From: Escherichia coli
Lineage (GTDB): Bacteria; Pseudomonadota; Gammaproteobacteria; Enterobacterales; Enterobacteriaceae
Direction: 5' to 3' (one strand)
Assembly (NCBI RefSeq): GCF_003334405.1
Contig: NZ_QOWM01000053.1
DNA length: 773 nucleotides
A program made the position numbers and the translations under genes. Positions 1 to 773 of the stretch are shown piece by piece; the stretch's first letter is position 1, and every line of letters begins with the position of its first letter. The notes beneath the pieces were generated by a model. That model ran no database searches. It saw nothing but the letters and a program-made list of their open reading frames with translations, and was not told where the DNA came from.

Positions 1-773
1 CACATGCTGAGGGTGCTGTCCGGGTGCAGCTCCGGGTCGGGCAGGCGGTTACCTGCCGGGTCTGTGGCATACGGGATGCGGATATCCAGATTCGCTGCGG
101 TGGTGTGAACGCCGGTCAGCCTGCCGGTGGTGCTGTAGCTGTAACTCCGGGTCTGGCGCGGGCTGCTGATGCGGATGAGTTCGCCGTTGTCGTTCCAGGT
201 GTAATCGCGGTCAGACAGCAGGCTGTTCAGGTGCTGGCTCTGTAACTGCCCGGCAGGGGTATAAGCGGTGGTGAGTTCATAACGGCCGAAGCTGCGCAGC
301 GTTTCCCGGTGCAGGCGGTCGCGGGTGTACTCCACCAGCGGTGTGTCGCCGAGTTTCATGCCTGCCAGGTAACCGCTGCCGTAGGTCAGCCATTCCACGG
401 CGGGCAGGCTGTCCGGTATACAGCGGTTCGCCAGCCCCTGCGCGTTGTACGCATGTCTGGTCTCATGCTGCCAGAGCAGTGCTTCCGTCTGCGGGTGATG
501 CACCGTCTGACGCTCACCGGTCAGCCGGCCTTTCTCATCATACCTGTAATGCACCGCCACCCGGTGCCCTTCGCTGATATGGCTGATGTCTGTCAGCCAG
601 CCACGTTCGTCATACTGCCACCGCTCTGCGGTTTCACCCTTCACGGTGCGGTGCGTGAGGCGGTCTGCTTCGTCATAGTGCCAGTGGGTGACCAGACCCT
701 CATCCTCGCTGCGGATAAGTTTGCCGGTCAGGTCGTGGTGATAACGCTGTGTGCGGCCGTCAAAGCCGGTTTC
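1..773 (-). CDS. rhs: Rhs-family YD-repeat protein, internal core fragment (partial at both ends; polymorphic toxin scaffold)
   Basis: Seen in sequence: reverse-complement frame with first full codon at 773..771 (GAA) and last full codon at 5..3 (ATG) is open for 257 codons with no stop; positions 2..1 are the first two bases of the next codon. Translation contains canonical YD-repeat motifs (RTQRYHHDLTGKL, THWHYDEADRLT, ERWQYDERGWLT, VHYRYDEKGRLT, RDYTWNDNGELI, RSYSYSTTGRLT) at about 21-24 residue spacing. Leucine codons are dominated by CTG and third positions are G/C-rich, as in enterobacterial genes. Established knowledge (from memory, not a database search): the stretch GFDGRTQRYH.DLTGKL ... 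WQYD..GWLTDISH.SEGHRVAVHY.YD.KGRLTGE ... LLWQHET.HAYN.QGLANR..PDSLP.VEWLTYGSGYLAGMKLG.TPLVEYTRDRLHRET.RSFG ... TYTPAGQLQSQHLNSL ... IRIPYATDPAGNRLPDPELHPDSTL is the conserved core of E. coli-type Rhs proteins. The specific paralog (rhsA/B/C/D/E or other) cannot be assigned from this fragment. Confidence 0.93.

Noticed and set aside
75-179. Recurring nucleotide strings such as atgcggata at 75..83, atgcggatga at 169..178 and tgcggataag at 709..718
   Set aside because: They are only short partial matches, falling in similar YD-repeat contexts of the reverse frame, where recurring amino-acid motifs are encoded. They show no spacer regularity or length consistent with CRISPR, inverted-repeat termini or other DNA-level repeat elements.
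24-245. Plus-strand ORF of 73 aa from the supplied track (MQLRVGQAVTCRVCGIRDADIQIRCGGVNAGQPAGGAVAVTPGLARAADADEFAVVVPGVIAVRQQAVQVLAL)
   Set aside because: It is antisense to the strongly supported Rhs coding frame. Its Ala/Val/Gly-rich, low-complexity composition is what antisense frames of GC-rich genes typically produce. There is no recognisable ribosome-binding site and no resemblance to any protein family I know.
291-300. Perfect 10-bp palindrome gctgcgcagc
   Set aside because: It is too short, has no loop and no following T-tract, so it is not a credible terminator. It lies inside the coding frame (codons for L-R-S) and is within chance expectation for GC-rich sequence. No operator or restriction-site-like context supports a function.
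357-359. In-frame minus-strand ATG (Met139, context ...YLAGMKLGD...) as a possible internal start
   Set aside because: The reading frame stays open, with Rhs-core-like sequence, for 138 codons upstream of it (toward position 773). The GGCAGG immediately before the ATG is not a correctly spaced Shine-Dalgarno sequence. It is an internal methionine.
341-577. Plus-strand ORF of 78 aa from the supplied track (MCRRVSCLPGNRCRRSAIPRRAGCPVYSGSPAPARCTHVWSHAARAVLPSAGDAPSDAHRSAGLSHHTCNAPPPGALR)
   Set aside because: It is antisense to the Rhs CDS. The Arg/Ala/Pro/Cys/Ser-rich composition is typical of spurious frames in GC-rich DNA, and there is no supporting translation signal or family resemblance.
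1-773. Search for tRNA, rRNA or ncRNA genes, CRISPR arrays, IS-element termini, promoters or terminators
   Set aside because: The whole window is occupied by one continuous coding frame. I found no intergenic space, no cloverleaf-compatible segment, no regularly spaced direct repeats, and no terminal inverted repeats.

Overview
The whole 773-nt window is the interior of one gene on the minus strand: a single reading frame with no stop codon from position 773 down to position 3 (257 codons), open at both ends. Its translation (ETGFDGRTQRYHHDLTGKLIRSEDEGLVTHWHYDEADRLTHRTVKGETAERWQYDERGWLTDISHISEGHRVAVHYRYDEKGRLTGERQTVHHPQTEALLWQHETRHAYNAQGLANRCIPDSLPAVEWLTYGSGYLAGMKLGDTPLVEYTRDRLHRETLRSFGRYELTTAYTPAGQLQSQHLNSLLSDRDYTWNDNGELIRISSPRQTRSYSYSTTGRLTGVHTTAANLDIRIPYATDPAGNRLPDPELHPDSTLSM) is a run of YD repeats and, from memory, closely resembles the conserved core of enterobacterial Rhs proteins (E. 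coli RhsA-D type). The supplied ORF track lists only two plus-strand ORFs and misses this gene because the window contains neither its start nor its stop; both listed ORFs are antisense artefacts of a GC-rich coding region. I see no RNA genes, CRISPR, mobile-element termini, promoters or terminators. Nothing inside this window is novel in itself; it is conserved Rhs core. The place where novelty could sit is the variable C-terminal toxin tip and immunity gene, which lie outside the window beyond position 1.
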